Source of the DNA: Zootoca vivipara
Lineage: Eukaryota
Length of the DNA stretch: 64,000 nt
Reading direction: 5' to 3'
Assembly: GCF_963506605.1 (NCBI RefSeq)
Contig: NC_083279.1
Coordinates: 9,052,001 to 9,116,000, forward strand
The position numbers and the translations under genes were made by a program. The notes beneath the pieces are model-generated. The model was not told where the DNA came from and ran no database searches. It saw nothing but the letters and a program-made list of their open reading frames with translations. Every line of letters starts with the position of its first letter. Within the stretch, counting starts at the first letter, position 1. This document shows positions 38,612-51,357 of the stretch, one piece after another.

Positions 38612-40302
38612 CTAAATGGCACCTTGAACCTAGGCACAACAATGAAATGTCTAGGCACTCTTTTTTATAACAAGAATACAAAGCTGAAAGGGAATGAACT
38701 GCAGCTAAAATATTATGTTCATTTTTTTACATGGTCTAGTCCTTCCCCTGCCCCCCCCCGGATATTCTTAAGAGGGTCTCTTCTCCAATCTTCAGAGAGG
38801 AGCTGGAAGTGGGGAGGCAGAAAAAGGTCCTCCTTTCCTTCCACTCTGTAGTTTTAATCTGAAATCTTAGGCGCAGTACTGCGCCCAGAGCCCAGAAACT
38901 GCTCGCGCTAATGAAATTCCCTGTCGCAAAATGTGCCTAGAAGTTTTGAACACTGGTGTAAGCGTAGAGTCATGCATAGTCACCCTTCCCACGCTGTATT
39001 TCAAACTGGTGGGAACACAAATGTGTCATGATTTAAGTTGTGGAAAATACTGTTGACTAAAACCATTGAAATGTACGACTATGACAAATTTAGAGCCTTT
39101 AATTTCAGTGGGTCCATTCTGAGTAAAAAAAAAATTCTACAACTCTTAGTCATAAGCCCCTTCTCCTCAGGCAAGGTTGGTAAGGAATTCAAGGGCAGGC
39201 TTGTAAATAGCTACTTGCCTGCTGTGGTAAATAAGAATCCTCTCTAGGTGAATGGACAGGAAAGTTCAAGTCAGAAGATGGGGATCTTTTATTCATTTTT
39301 AATCTGTTGATATACCACACATGACTAACGTACATAGGTATTGATAGGTGGGCTGGAAAAGGGCTTGTGGGCTAGCAAGTATGGACAACTTTTTGGAAAA
39401 CAATGTACATTTGTTTCTTGTATGGCAACCAGTCCCTTTTGCCTATGGAAAAATGGTCTAGTAAGACAGAGGCCATAATTGGCACAAAGAAGTTGTTTTG
39501 TATGAAACTGCCACATAGCAGGCACTATGGTTTTTGAACTATACATGCAGAGAGACAGACTTGAACAACGGATACATATTTTGTGTATGAGTATCCAGTG
39601 TTTTTTAAATAAAAACCTGCCATCTGATTTGCACAGATTACTCATTAGCTGTTAGCAATTAGTAGAATCTATGCTGACAAATCACAGGTGATATGACCTG
39701 TGATAGTTTCTCTCTTGAAATAAGACCACACAAATTGATTCATAATCCTGTAATAATTTACATTACACATGCTATTTCTCGGCTACTTTAGATGGTTATG
39801 GGTGGGAGGCAGGGTTATGGGTGAGAGGCAGGGAATCAGAATTTAATACCTTGCATGTGTGACTCAGAATTCCTAGCTTCTGGTATGGCCATACTTGGGT
39901 TTCCAAGGAGCAGTTTATTATTAGAGTTTGCCCTCTAGCGGATTTTATGCTCAGACAAAGATTTTTGACCGTAACCCAAGCTGAAATGCCAGTGGAAGGC
40001 ACTAATCGCTGCAAAGTATCGGCACTGTTGTAGATGCTTCCAACTTTCCCCAAACATGTCTGAATCACCAGCAGAAAAGGTTGCACCAGCACAATGAAGT
40101 GGTTCACCTTTCCTTTGCTGATACAGCAGTGCTGCTTCCCATGCTATTTAGGCTATGTTTTAACCCAGGAGATCACACAGTTATTTCACATGCAGGCGGA
40201 AAAGGTTTCAGGAGAAGTACATACCATGTCAGTCCCGCCCATGCTATTTCTTGGCTTCAAAAGCTATCGGAATGGACTGGATGGAGTGAAAGGAACAAGC
40301 AC

Positions 40303-40646
40303 TGGCCTCGGTCCAGTATACCTGAAGGAGCGTCTCCACCTCCATCATTCTGCCCGGACACTGAGGTCCAGCACCGAGGGCCTTCTGGCGGTTCCCTCAT
40401 TGCGAGAAGCCAAGTTGCAGGGAACTAGGCAGAGGGCCTTCTCGGTGGTGGCGCCCGCCCTGTGGAACGCCCTCCCAACAGATGTCAAAGAGGAAAACAA
40501 CTACCAGACTTTTAGAAGACATCTGAAGGCAGCCCTGTTCAGGGAGGCTTTTAATGGTTAATAGATTACTGTGTTTTATTTTTCTGTTGGAAGCCGCCCA
40601 GAGTGGCTGGGGAGACCCAGCCAGATGGGCGGGGTATAAATAATAA

Positions 40647-40708
<62 letters not shown>
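40303..40708 (+). mobile_element. L2-clade LINE 3' end with (ATT)n tail
   Basis: It encodes GLGPVYLKERL...RAFSVVAPALWNALP...FRRHLKAALFREAF and ends in an (ATT)n microsatellite tail at 40650-40708. Confidence 0.88.
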
Positions 40709-40709
<1 letters not shown>

Positions 40710-40896
40710 GTAGTGTCTGACTCACAGGATTCTAGGCATCCAAGCTACATCCTTCCTGCTTGACATCTACTTTTCTACGGTCCATGAAAGTTTTGGATTT
40801 AAGAGCCCAGGAAGCTGCTTTCATTGAATTGAACTGAAGAGTTGAACTGAAGAGTTGAACTGAAGAGTTGAAAGGGGCCTTGAGGGTCATCTAGTG

Positions 40897-41032
40897 CAGT
40901 GTTTCCCAACCTTGTGCCTCCAGCTGTTTTTGGACTACAACTCCCATCATCCCTAGCTAGCAAGACCAGTGGTCAGGAATGATGGGAATTGTAGTCCGAA
41001 AACAGCTGGAGGCACAAGGTTGGGAAACACTG
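40897..41032. mobile_element. 136-bp palindromic hAT MITE inserted in a tRNA/CR1-tail SINE
   Basis: The TIR is cagtgtttcccaacc, with TSD atctagtg. Confidence 0.92.
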
Positions 41033-41254
41033 ATCTAGTGCAACACTCCACGGCGCAGGGATCTTTCATCCAACGTGGGGCTCGAACCCACGGCCCTGAG
41101 ATTAATAGTTTCATGCTCTATTGACTGAGCTATCACAGCACAGTCCATCCCAACCCAATACTATCTACCATGACTGACACTGGCTCTCTGGGGTCTCAGG
41201 CAGAGTTCTTTCCTATCACCTGCCACCTGAACCTTTTCTGTATGTGTATAGCAA

Positions 41255-41360
41255 CTTCAACCAGGATCTCTAAATCCGGATCCCTCAGCTTCAACCAGGA
41301 TCTCTAAATCCGGATCCCTCAGCTTCAACCAGGATCTCTAAATCCGGATCCCTCAGCTTC
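41255..41360. repeat. 34-bp tandem repeat, three copies
   Basis: cttcaaccaggatctctaaatccggatccctcag is repeated three times exactly. Confidence 0.95.
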
Positions 41361-42608
41361 TCAGGAAAACGATGAATTCCAGGCATATGAAACCATTTAG
41401 CAATTTCTGCGCAATTCTGCTTACTTAAGTATTTCGCAAGAATGCCTAATGGTGCATTTGCACTGCATGAAAAGGTAAAATTATGCAACAGCAAGTTTCT
41501 GTGATCTGGTTTTTTTCCTATTGAAGCCTGCTTATCCTTGCGTGCAGGGCTGTCATAATTCATTTATACCTAGCCAATATCATACACTAATAGCCCCAGG
41601 GCCATACATAAATAGTTGACTCACTTTGCTCTGGGCAAAAAAGCAAAGGCTCAGATATAAATGCAAGATGAGATTAGCTTGTAAAGTATGTTCACATTCA
41701 ACACTGCATGAGACTGTGCAAACATCCCAAAAGGTGCACGAAAGCAATGTAATTACGTTTTGTGGTGGTTGTTTCTTGTGGTTTAAACTATGGGATTAAT
41801 AGAGTGTGTAAGACTCACACAACTCGGTCTTTGATCCATTAATTCTGCCAAATATGGTCATCCATGGAGGCCCATAGTAAACTTCTTGGGTTGCAAAACA
41901 GGTGTGTATCAGACACTCGGAAAGCCACAATACATAGGAACATAGGAAGCTGCCTGATACAAAATCAAACGACTGCTGCATTTGGGTCAGTAGCTGTCTA
42001 GGGTTTTCAGACAGGAATCTTCCCAAGGCATAAGGAGATGCCGAGGATTAAACCTGGGACTTTCTGCATGCAAACCAATGCACTCTAGCACTAAGTTTTA
42101 GCCTTTTGCACTATACAAGGGATGGTTTTGGTTTTCTGGTTCGCCAGTTCTGTAACTTGCCTTATGCGGTCATTTACTCAGCTCAGTCTTTCATCTATTA
42201 TATTACTGCATATTACGATAAAAAGCCCAAACAAAAGCAATATAGAATCATTATTGTGCTCCCCACTTACTGGTGCCTTAATGAGGGTGGTTCTGTTCTC
42301 CCCCCCCCCTTCCCAAATGAACACTTTTGTTTAGGGATACTGAAGTCAAAAGACATTTAGTACCGAAAACACATCTAACCCAAGAGTTGCTAAACAGCTG
42401 TTTAGGTATGAGCAGCCTGACATCCAAGCACCTTTTCTTGGAACCAATTCCCTCTGATTTTAACAGAACAGCTTATTTTCCAGTTAATTGGGTTTAGGAT
42501 TGCCGCCTGCGAGTGAAATTTACAAGCTCAGGTGATTAAAACAATCAGAGACACCCTGTGATTTTTTTTGATTTTTTTTCCAGGAGGGGCTTTCCAGTGA
42601 GCTCTTCC

Positions 42609-42688
42609 GTACGATGGGTAAATTAAGGCAAAGTTGTACGATGGGTAAATTAAGGCAAAGTACGATGGGTAAATTAAGGCAAAGTTGT
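42609..42688. repeat. 24-27-bp tandem repeat, three copies
   Basis: gtacgatgggtaaattaaggcaaa(gtt) occurs three times. Confidence 0.95.
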
Positions 42689-43930
42689 GCTGCTAAACGC
42701 AGAAGCCGGTGGCAAATGCATATATTAAACCCCACACAAAATTACACTCCTCCAAAGGCAGTCTGAATTGCAGTACTTAGCATCTGGCTCCAAAGGAGAA
42801 TAGAAGTTATGAAAAGGGTTTGGTCCCTGCGCTCTGATGTTCAACCGTTAGAAGCCACAGGGCTAAGCACCAGTTATTTCATGCCCCCCCCCCCCAGTGT
42901 GGCCACGGGGAGTTCATAACCTCTCTCTGGTTTTGCAAGTCGGGTGTGGCGAACCACCACGGAGAGATGCTGAGAGCATGCGCCCCCCTTGGCTCTGTGC
43001 CTCCTACCCTCAGTTTTCAAAGTCTGTTCCAAGTGGCCTTGGGGTTCCTGGGAAGCCTTGTCGTGGGTGATCAGGGGCAACCTTCGCTGAAAGGCAGCTT
43101 ACCCGCCACTTACCAACCCTCCCCTGAGTGTGCAGCCACAGGGCAAAGCTGGGTGTGGTCTAAAGGTTCACTCTCAGTTCAGGTGCGGCTACCCCGAAGC
43201 CCAAGAGGCTGTGACCTGCCTGAACTAAGAGGGTGGCCTAGAATGCTCCACGGGAACCTCTGCAACATACTGGGGAAGGGTCTGTGGCAAAGGAACAGGG
43301 GTTCCTCCTCAGCAGGCAAGAGAACACTTTGGGGATCCCTGAGGCCCAAATGGGAAAGCTGAAGCGTTGGTTAAAGAGAGTCTATTTTGACGGCAACTTT
43401 AATCAGTTGGAATCCTGATATCTTTTTTCTTTCCCCTACCCAGCTCCATACATATTCTCCTCTTGTTTTGCTCAGATGGAAGTTCAGGACTTTTATCCAG
43501 GTCCTCTGAAGGTGGCAAGACAAAACATTTGCTTCGTTATAGGTAGCGATGGATTAATCTGCCAGTTCCCGTTTCTTCTTTTTCCAGTACTCCCTATTTC
43601 CGCATCAGTTTTGAATTTTTAAAGAAAGGAAAAGTTGCACACATTTCCCTTAACATAATGTATTTTTATACATTATTTCCACCAATATAACCATATTTGT
43701 GTGCATTTCCCCCCTAATATATGCCTTTTATTTTCTATGTTTTTCGTTGTGGTTAGAGAACTACATTGTAAAACTTTGAGAACTACAAATGTTAAAGGAC
43801 GGCTTCATTTCAGATCACATACTGGTTTAGGAAATGTGAATCAGGTAGGTTCACATTAAAATGAAAACTGAATTAATTCCTCCCCCATTCAAAGTTACAC
43901 CCTACCTTCTCTTCCTCAAATTATCTAAAG

Positions 43931-44066
43931 CAGGCTTCCTCAACCTCGGCCCTCCAGATGTTTTTGGCCTACAACTCCCATGATCTCTAGCTAGCAGGAC
44001 CAGTGGTCAGGGATGATGTGAATTGTAGTCTCAAAACATCTGGAGGGCCGAGGTTGAGGAAGCCTG
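43931..44066. mobile_element. 136-bp palindromic hAT MITE
   Basis: The TIR is caggcttcctcaacc, with TSD atctaaag. Confidence 0.92.
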
Positions 44067-44116
44067 ATCTAAAGAGAAACAGATGAATTTCTTTGGCATC
44101 AGCTGAACAACCAGTA

Positions 44117-44402
44117 CAGTGGTGCCTCACTAGACGAATTTAATTCGTTCCACGGGTCTATTCTTATAATGAAAAATTTGTCTAGCGAATCCCATAGGAA
44201 TGCATTGAATATTTTTTTAAAGAAAAATTTACCCATAGGAACGCATTAATTGAATTTCAATGCATTCCTATGAGAAACCGCGATTCGCTAGACGAATTTT
44301 TCGTAAAACGAATTTGTCTAGCGAGGCAACCTCCGCTAGAAAAATCCTTTCTTTAAGCGAAAATTTTGTCTTACGGGGTGTTTGTTAAGCGAGGCACCAC
44401 TG
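44117..44402. mobile_element. Tc1/mariner (Tigger-like) MITE
   Basis: TIRs are cagtggtgcctc / gaggcaccactg, with a TA TSD. Same family as the copies at 54254 and 55983. Confidence 0.9.
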
Positions 44403-44556
44403 TAAATTAAGTCAAACTGAACACTGGGAATGGTGAGTAGACCCAGCGAAGCTAATGGGCATGACTAACTTAGGTTAACTACTTGCAAGGGGTCTACTCT
44501 GAGTGGGACTTAGTTGAATACAATCCTGGGCATAGATCTTGGTCATAGGCCTTGAC

Positions 44557-44692
44557 CAGACATCCCCAAACTCGGCCCTCCAGATGTTTTGGGACTACAA
44601 TTCCCATCACCCCTGACCACTGGTCCTGTTAGCTAGGGATGATGGGAGTTGTAGTCCCAAAACATCTGGAGGACCGAGTTTGGGGATGCCTG
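44557..44692. mobile_element. 136-bp palindromic hAT MITE
   Basis: TIRs are cagacatccccaaactcgg / ccgagtttggggatgcctg, with TSD gccttgac. Confidence 0.92.
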
Positions 44693-45217
44693 GCCTTGAC
44701 CATGAGACAATGGCATCACCATCATCGAGTGTCAAAGCAGGAGTGCCAACTTGAGTAAAGTATTGGGGAAGGAGGGCAGGTAAGCCCCCCCCCCACATAA
44801 TCACATGACACGGTGCATGCAGACCATTTGAATGGCAATGCCCATTCAAGGGGCTCAAATATTTTATTGGGCTCAGCCTCTAGGAGTTGGCTCCTATGTG
44901 CCAAAACTTGGAATTCCAAAACTGGGCAAAAATAATAGTTCTGATTTTTCAGAGTTTGACGTTAACTGAGAAAGAACAGGAACAGCAGAAGTGTGCCCAC
45001 ATGGAAGGAAAACCTCTGATTCTGAAATCACATGATGCTGGGAAGCTTAATAACCCCCAAGGCTATATGTTGAAAATAATTACTGTTTATTACACAGTGG
45101 TGAAAGCTCATTAATGTTTACTGTGCATTTTCATCATGTCAAAAACAGAACGTGCCCGCTGAGAGACAATGCCACTAGCACTGTCCATACAGCGAAAACC
45201 TTTGGCAAAACCCTTAC

Positions 45218-45375
45218 CTGTGTGCGTCCTTCGGTGAGCCTTCAGGTGGGAGCTTTTCGTGTACACCTTGTTGCACCCTTCAAAATCACATCTGTGGATG
45301 CGGCGCTTTCTAGAGTCAGGCGATTCGGACCTTCTCTGGCGCCTTGTGCTCTCAATACTAAACGGCGAAATTGAA
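45218..45375 (-). CDS. KLF12: Krueppel-like factor 12, penultimate coding exon (158 bp; basic region and zinc finger 1)
   Basis: The minus strand translates to [52 protein letters not shown](G), matching KLF12 as I recall it. It is flanked by a pyrimidine-rich acceptor (ctttccttctgtctcgcAG; AG at 45377-45376) and a donor CAG|GTAAGG (GT at 45217-45216). Confidence 0.96.
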
Positions 45376-45838
45376 CTGCGAGACAGAAGGAAAGCAGCAT
45401 GTTAATGACTGTCTGTGCCGTTTGCTGCAAAGAATGGCAGAATGCAAGAGCTTTCACAGGGAGATTGGTTGGAATGATCTCCGAACTGCTGATAGTTAAA
45501 GACTGGTTTCAAAACACAACCTTTTTTCCCTTACCATATCTCTGTCCGTAAAGTTCAACAAGATGGGACGCTTATTTTTGTGTGGCTAGAAGCTCCCTTT
45601 TCCCACAGAAGTCTTGCACAACATGTGACCCATGGAATCCAGCTTCGTGAAACAGCCATCCCTAACCTGTTTCTGCTATCTACCTGGGACTGCAAAAACA
45701 GGGGTAGGAAAGGGCATCACATTGGCTGGTGAACTGAGTTCGGCTCAACAGATCACAAGTTGTGCAGGCCTGCTCTGGAGGCTGCTCCCAAGATAAACCA
45801 ATGCATGAATTTCTTTCCCCTCTTCAAGCAACACCGTA

Positions 45839-46100
45839 CAGTGGTACCTCGGTTTGCGACCGCCTCGGGGAGTGACCGCTTTGGTTTCCGACCACCGCGG
45901 ACCCGGAAGTGTTTACATCTGGGTTCCATGGCGCTCGGATGCGCAGAAGCGACCTGCAATGTGCAGAAGAGATTTGCGCAGTGCGCGCATGCGCATAAAT
46001 GCTCGATCGGCGCTTCACACATGCGCAGAAGCGTACCTCGGGGAGCAACAACTCTGGGGCTCCCCAGAACCAATTGTGGTCGCAAACCGAGGTACCACTG
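45839..46100. mobile_element. Tc1/mariner (Tigger-like) MITE
   Basis: TIRs are cagtggtacctcggtttgcgacc / ggtcgcaaaccgaggtaccactg, with a TA TSD. Confidence 0.9.
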
Positions 46101-46731
46101 TATTTTAAAATCTGGGTGAGCATTTAATAGCCGAGATGGATGGCTAATATAGACCCAGTAGTTAAGCTCAAATACTCAGGCCATTCTATTCTAAGAAAAG
46201 ATGGGTAAGAAAACACCTTTTTACAATTAGCTGTAGGGTTTCCGAAAATACAATATTTTATGAGTGAAAGCGACATAAGATATAAAGGAAAACCGGGGGG
46301 GAGGGGGAGAGCTAACTCCTTAAAAGGAAATAATATCTCATACTACATGCCTGTTCATGCAAGAATCTTGTTCATGCCTAGTCATGTAAGATTCAAACAA
46401 GAACTATTTCACTAGTTCTAAGAAACTTCTCTCTCTTCTCCCTTAGTTAAGGGATTAGTAAGCGGTTGATTCATGCAAATAACAAATGAATTTTGTTGAA
46501 ATGACAAATTGGATTATACTAAAGCTAGAAGCAGAGCCGTCTTCATGTGCTCCTTCCATGCAAACGCTAATCCAGGGACAGATAACCTGTTGCCTTCTGG
46601 ACTAGCTGAAATAATGCTTTAATTGAAACTGCTTTTAAAATGTCTTTAATTGTTTTGGGTTGTTTTGTTTCTGAATTGTGAATGTGTTTGCCGCCCCAGG
46701 TTTCTTCAGGCGGAAGGATCAAATCAATAAT

Positions 46732-47119
46732 AAGGTAAAAGGTAAAGGTAAAGGACCCCTGAATGGTTTAAGTCCAGTCAAAGGTGACAATGGGGTGCGG
46801 CGCTCATCTCGCTTTCAGGCCGAGGAAACCGGCATTTGTCCACAGACAGCTTTCCAGGTCTTGGGGCCAGCATGACTAAACCGCTTCTGGCGCAACGGGA
46901 CACCATGAGTGCCTGAGCGCATGGAAACGCTGTTTACCTTTCCGCCACAGCAGTACATAGTTATCTACCTGCACTTTGACGCGCTTTCGAACTGCTAGGT
47001 TGGCAGGAGCTGGGACAGAGTAACGGGAGCTCACCCCGTCGCATGGATTCAAACCGCCGACCTTCTGATCAGCAAGCCCAACAGGCTCAGTGGTTTAGAC
47101 CACAGCGACACCTGTTCCC
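46732..47119 (-). mobile_element. Sauria SINE
   Basis: Full-length homologue, apparently an older subfamily. Confidence 0.9.
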
Positions 47120-47784
47120 TCCATAATGAATGAATGAATGAATGAATAACTCATAATAAATCCCAGCCAGTGTGACCAGTGGACACAGATAATGTGAACT
47201 GTAGTCCTACAAAATCTGGAGGGCCACAAGCCTTTCCCATCTCTGCACCAGAAGCACAAAAAGGGGATAGGATTCGGCCCAATGACCCTGCCCAACGTTG
47301 CTGACTCCACCCGCAAACACCTACCCACTAAGCGGTAGGCTTCCTCGCAGTTAGAAACACCAACAATTCTCTTTGCACGCATCCTGTTCAGTGCTCATTG
47401 CTGGAGGGGGGGGGGAGGCAGTGTGTGGGACTACATCTGGATGAAATATGGTGATGTCACGGCCCTGAGGGTACCCCAGCTGTTGCTCCACTTCACTGGT
47501 GGCTATTTTTTAATCACAGCTGTCAGTTCACTGTTAACCACCTTGAATTTCTTAAGAAAACTAGGTAGGGTCAAAGTTTCGAAAAAGACAAATGAATTCC
47601 TAAATGCCATTGGGTTGCCACCACTTGTTTTCATTTGCTATGAACTAAGGGAAAAAATGAGGAAGAGGAGGGAAGCAAGTCCTGCTGGTTTCAGTAGAAG
47701 CCGTGCGATTTCCCAACATTTCCAGCCTAATTCTAATCAAATTTGTCAGTTTGATCAATTCATTTGTTCCTTGCATGAGTTAAA

Positions 47785-47824
47785 GGTATCTGAAGAAGTG
47801 TGCATGCACACGAAAGCTCATACC
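47785..47824 (+). ncRNA. Minimal type I hammerhead ribozyme motif
   Basis: The motif reads GGUAU-CUGAAGA-A-GUGUG(CAUG)CACAC-GAAA-GC-UC-AUACC. Stem I, the catalytic core, stem II and the UC cleavage site are all present. Confidence 0.75.
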
Positions 47825-47915
47825 AAAATAAAAACTTAGTTGGTCTTTAAGGTGCTACTGAAGGAATTTTTTTATTTTACTTCGATCCAGACCAACACGG
47901 CTACCTACCTGTAAC
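47786..47915 (+). mobile_element. Short Penelope-like element (pseudo-LTR-derived)
   Basis: It contains a hammerhead core and the ttggtctttaaggtgctac...cagaccaacacggctacc motif typical of reptile Penelope elements. The TSD is the 12-mer catgagttaaag (47774-47785 and 47916-47927). Confidence 0.75.
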
Positions 47916-50683
47916 CATGAGTTAAAGAGTTACTAACCTTGGGGAATGCTTTCTGTTTATGAGTGATTTCTCCCCTTGGCAACTTTAGATAGTGTTACTG
48001 ACTGTGATATCTAGTAATTCGCTTTATAGTTATTACCTCCAACCAAAGGTTTTCCTTTTTTTGCAGTGCTATCACACACAGCTACTATGCGGTCACTGTG
48101 TTACACCCCCTGCTTCTCCTGTCCTTTTCAGTGTAGCTATTGATAAATGCCATTCATATAATAGTGCAAAAAGGGGGCACACAATCTAGCCAAACAGGAA
48201 GCAGCAGCCTGGGCTGCCGTTCCTTTCCTACAGGGGTTTGAATTAAACAGAGTCCAATTATTAAATGTTATTCACAATGCAGAAAGGGTGAATTAGAAAG
48301 GGCTACAGAGAAGTAGTGGAGCATTTGTTGTTTGCTGCCAAAATGTTAAGTTGTAAAAATAAAGAAATAAAAGCCCAGGAGAAAAATGAGAAAGTATCAG
48401 TGGAGGAGTGACGGAGGAAGTTTGAAATATAACATCAATAAGCAAACCTGTAGCTTAGCAACAAATCAGGCTGGGCGAGATCAACTCTACAAGTTAGTAT
48501 ATTAGAAATGTGGTAACCATTTATTCTTTACTGGGACAAACCAAGGCAGAATAACTTTTATGTTCACAAGTATTAGGTAATCTAAAAATTGTTCTCTTTG
48601 GTATGCAATGTGATAAATTTAACATGTTTCTAATGTTAAAGGGGTCTACATGAAAGGTGATTATGTCTAGAGATAAATGCTGAAGTCAACGAATAAAAAA
48701 ACCCATAATGTTTAGATATGAGTCGTGGAGTTGGAAGGAACCCCGAGTGTCATCTAGTCCAACCCCCTGCCATGCAGGGTTTCAGCAGAACGCCCAACGT
48801 GGGGCTCGAACCCACAACCCGGAGATGTTCTACCAACTGAACTATACCTAACAACTAAACTAGGTTCCCCCAATCATTTGATGCCTAGGGCATAACTTGT
48901 TTCTGGACTAACACCAGAAGTAGAACTCACGATGACAGTCACATTTGCAACACCAGGATAGCACCCTCCACTCCCCCTTGTCCTATCAGCTGGGACTCAA
49001 AGATGGAGCTGTGCCCTGTGTCTGACACCTGTGGCAGGAGTTGGTGCCACTGACATAATGAGTCGGTGAGGTTCAGCAGTAAAACTGCTAACACACTTGC
49101 AAAAGCTAAGCAGGGTCCGGTATGGTTTCAAATTGGACGAGAGACTGTGTGTTGAGATTTCTGCACTGCAAGAGGTTTGGACTCGATGACCCTTTGGGAT
49201 CTCTTCCGACTCTATGATTCTATGAACTGCAGTGTCTCCCTCCATAATGAAGTCACAGCCCATATCCTGGCTGGGGGATGGAGCAATGCTTCACTATGGT
49301 CTTATTCAGAACTGTAAATCCATTCAACACAGTGGTCTTCCCGCAACACGCTTAATACACCCCTTATAGCCCTTCTAATAGCATACTAGTGTGCCCGGGC
49401 ACACCGATTCGGAGTTGCCACCCTGAATGAATAAATGGCTTTCAAGCAAAACTTGCATTTAGCCGCTAGGTGGAGTGAGAGATCTTCAAAACGAGCAACC
49501 AAAAAGTGGCTTCAAACAGGCTGGCAATGTTATCTTTCCCTTTCTGTCAAAGGCAAGGTGGTTCATGGAAAGCAAGGTTTCTCCTCCCCACGGCAGTTAC
49601 CTGCAACCCCCCCCCCAAAAAAAGCCTCCGGGGTGAGTGAGATAGATGCTGTCTATGCCTCACAGCCTGTCCTGAAGGTGTAACAGCTTGGCAATATATT
49701 GGTAAATTGTCTGACACTGGTTCAGATCGCGATTCCGATTTCAGACCTTTTGAGCTGGCAATACATTGTGGTGGCCAGGGAGCAACGATGTATTCCCCAG
49801 CTCAGATTGCCTGCAGATGGCAAAGGCGCCGGCAGGCAGACGGAGCTCCAGAAGGTGCTCAACTGGAACTTATTGGGTTCTGTCGGCCTACCTGCCTCCG
49901 CCCGGGCGGGCTGCCTCTTTCTCCTGGTTGGTCTCTCCTGGAGGGACCAACAGGGAGGAAAGGGCAGTCCACCTGTCTGGGGCTGGGGAATCACAGGCAG
50001 AAGCCGATGTCTGCAATTGCAATAACATCCTACTCCCATAACATTGTGTTCATTGATTTTGATATACTGAGCAAGGTACGCCACAAGGTACAAATTCTCA
50101 CTGATCTATGTGCCACAATAGCACAGCACTGAAAGTAATCTAAATTTTGCGCCAAAAGTTATTATTTGGTGTCCTATTTAAATTATGCAAGCTGGACAAA
50201 TGTGGATCGTTTCTCTTCATTCTGGATTTGGCTATGAAAGGGAGGAGTAAAGACATGATGGACTGATTTTAGGAGTCAAGAGAGCTGCAAACTGTTGGTT
50301 GTTTAACTTATTATTGATATTTCATTGCCCGAGAGGAGAGAGTTGTGAGATTTTCCGCCACAGGGATCCAAATAGGCTAAAATATTACACGCTTCAATTT
50401 GGCAGGTGTGTGCATGCACCATTTTTTGGTCTCCATCAGACAACAAAATTTTTGGAGCAGCCCTGGCAGATGCAGGGGTAGGTCTCAGCAGAATCCAAAA
50501 CGACTGGCTTTTCTCTGTCTCATGATGACGATTAACCGTGCTTCGTTTGCAACGAAGGCTTAATTTACGAAGCAGCACAGGAATTATGAGTTAACTATCT
50601 TGCTCTTAATCAGGGCATAAATAATTTGCACTCTTTTTATTACACGATGAGGGAAATATAAATAAGGCAGAGTAAACTGTTAT

Positions 50684-50835
50684 ACAGAGGATGAGATGGT
50701 TGGACAGTGTTCTCGAAGCTACGAACATGAGTTTGACCAAACTGCGGGAGGCAGTGCAAGACAGGAGTGCCTGGCGTGCTCTGGTCCATGGGGTCACGAA
50801 GAGTCAGACACGACTAAACGACTAAACAACAACAA
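50684..50835 (+). mobile_element. BovB LINE short 3' fragment
   Basis: It matches the 3' ends of the other BovB copies and has a (CAA)n tail. Confidence 0.88.
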
Positions 50836-51009
50836 AAAACAATTGGGTAAGAATGTCTTTTGTAGGACATTTCAAGCCACCTCTCCACTCTGGATTCTGG
50901 ATAATCATTGTTTAAAAATATGTTATACTTGTGCTCATTCATAACAGGAGCCTAAGTCTGAAAAGATGTGCCAACATTTGTACTGGTGCTACTTTGGGTG
51001 GTCTGCTCC

Positions 51010-51357
51010 CAGACCCTCCAAGTGTCCCTATTTTCCAGGGACATCCCTGATTTAGAGAAGCTGTCCTGGTCTCTGATTTGATCCTGGAATGTCCCGCTTT
51101 TCCTTAGGATGTCCCTATTTTCATTGGAGAAATGTTGGAGGGTATGGAGTTATCCAACCCCAGGGCCGTCTGAAGGCAATCCTGTATAGGGGAGTAGTTT
51201 TTTTTTAATGTTTAATGTTTTGTTGTGTTTTTATAGATGTTGGAAGCTGCCCAGAGTGGCTGGGGCAACCCAGTAAGATGTGTGGGCCATAAATAGTAAA
51301 ATTATCATTATGGAATGGGGCATCCCTATTTTCATCAGAGAAATGTTGGAGGGTATG
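51010..51357. mobile_element. Composite hAT-like MITE with a duplicated right end and an internal L2-tail segment
   Basis: The left end is cagaccctccaa. The right end ttggagggtatg occurs twice (ending ~51146 and 51357). An L2-type tail (ggaagctgcccagagtggctgggg) lies inside. Confidence 0.55.

Noticed and set aside
41255-41360. CRISPR-like 34-bp repeats
   Set aside because: The units are directly adjacent with no spacers, the context is eukaryotic, and there are no cas genes.
49690-50130. Overlapping ORFs in a GC-richer patch (similar patch at 42880-43370)
   Set aside because: There is no recognisable protein or splice structure. These may be LTR-element remnants, but I could not define termini or a TSD.
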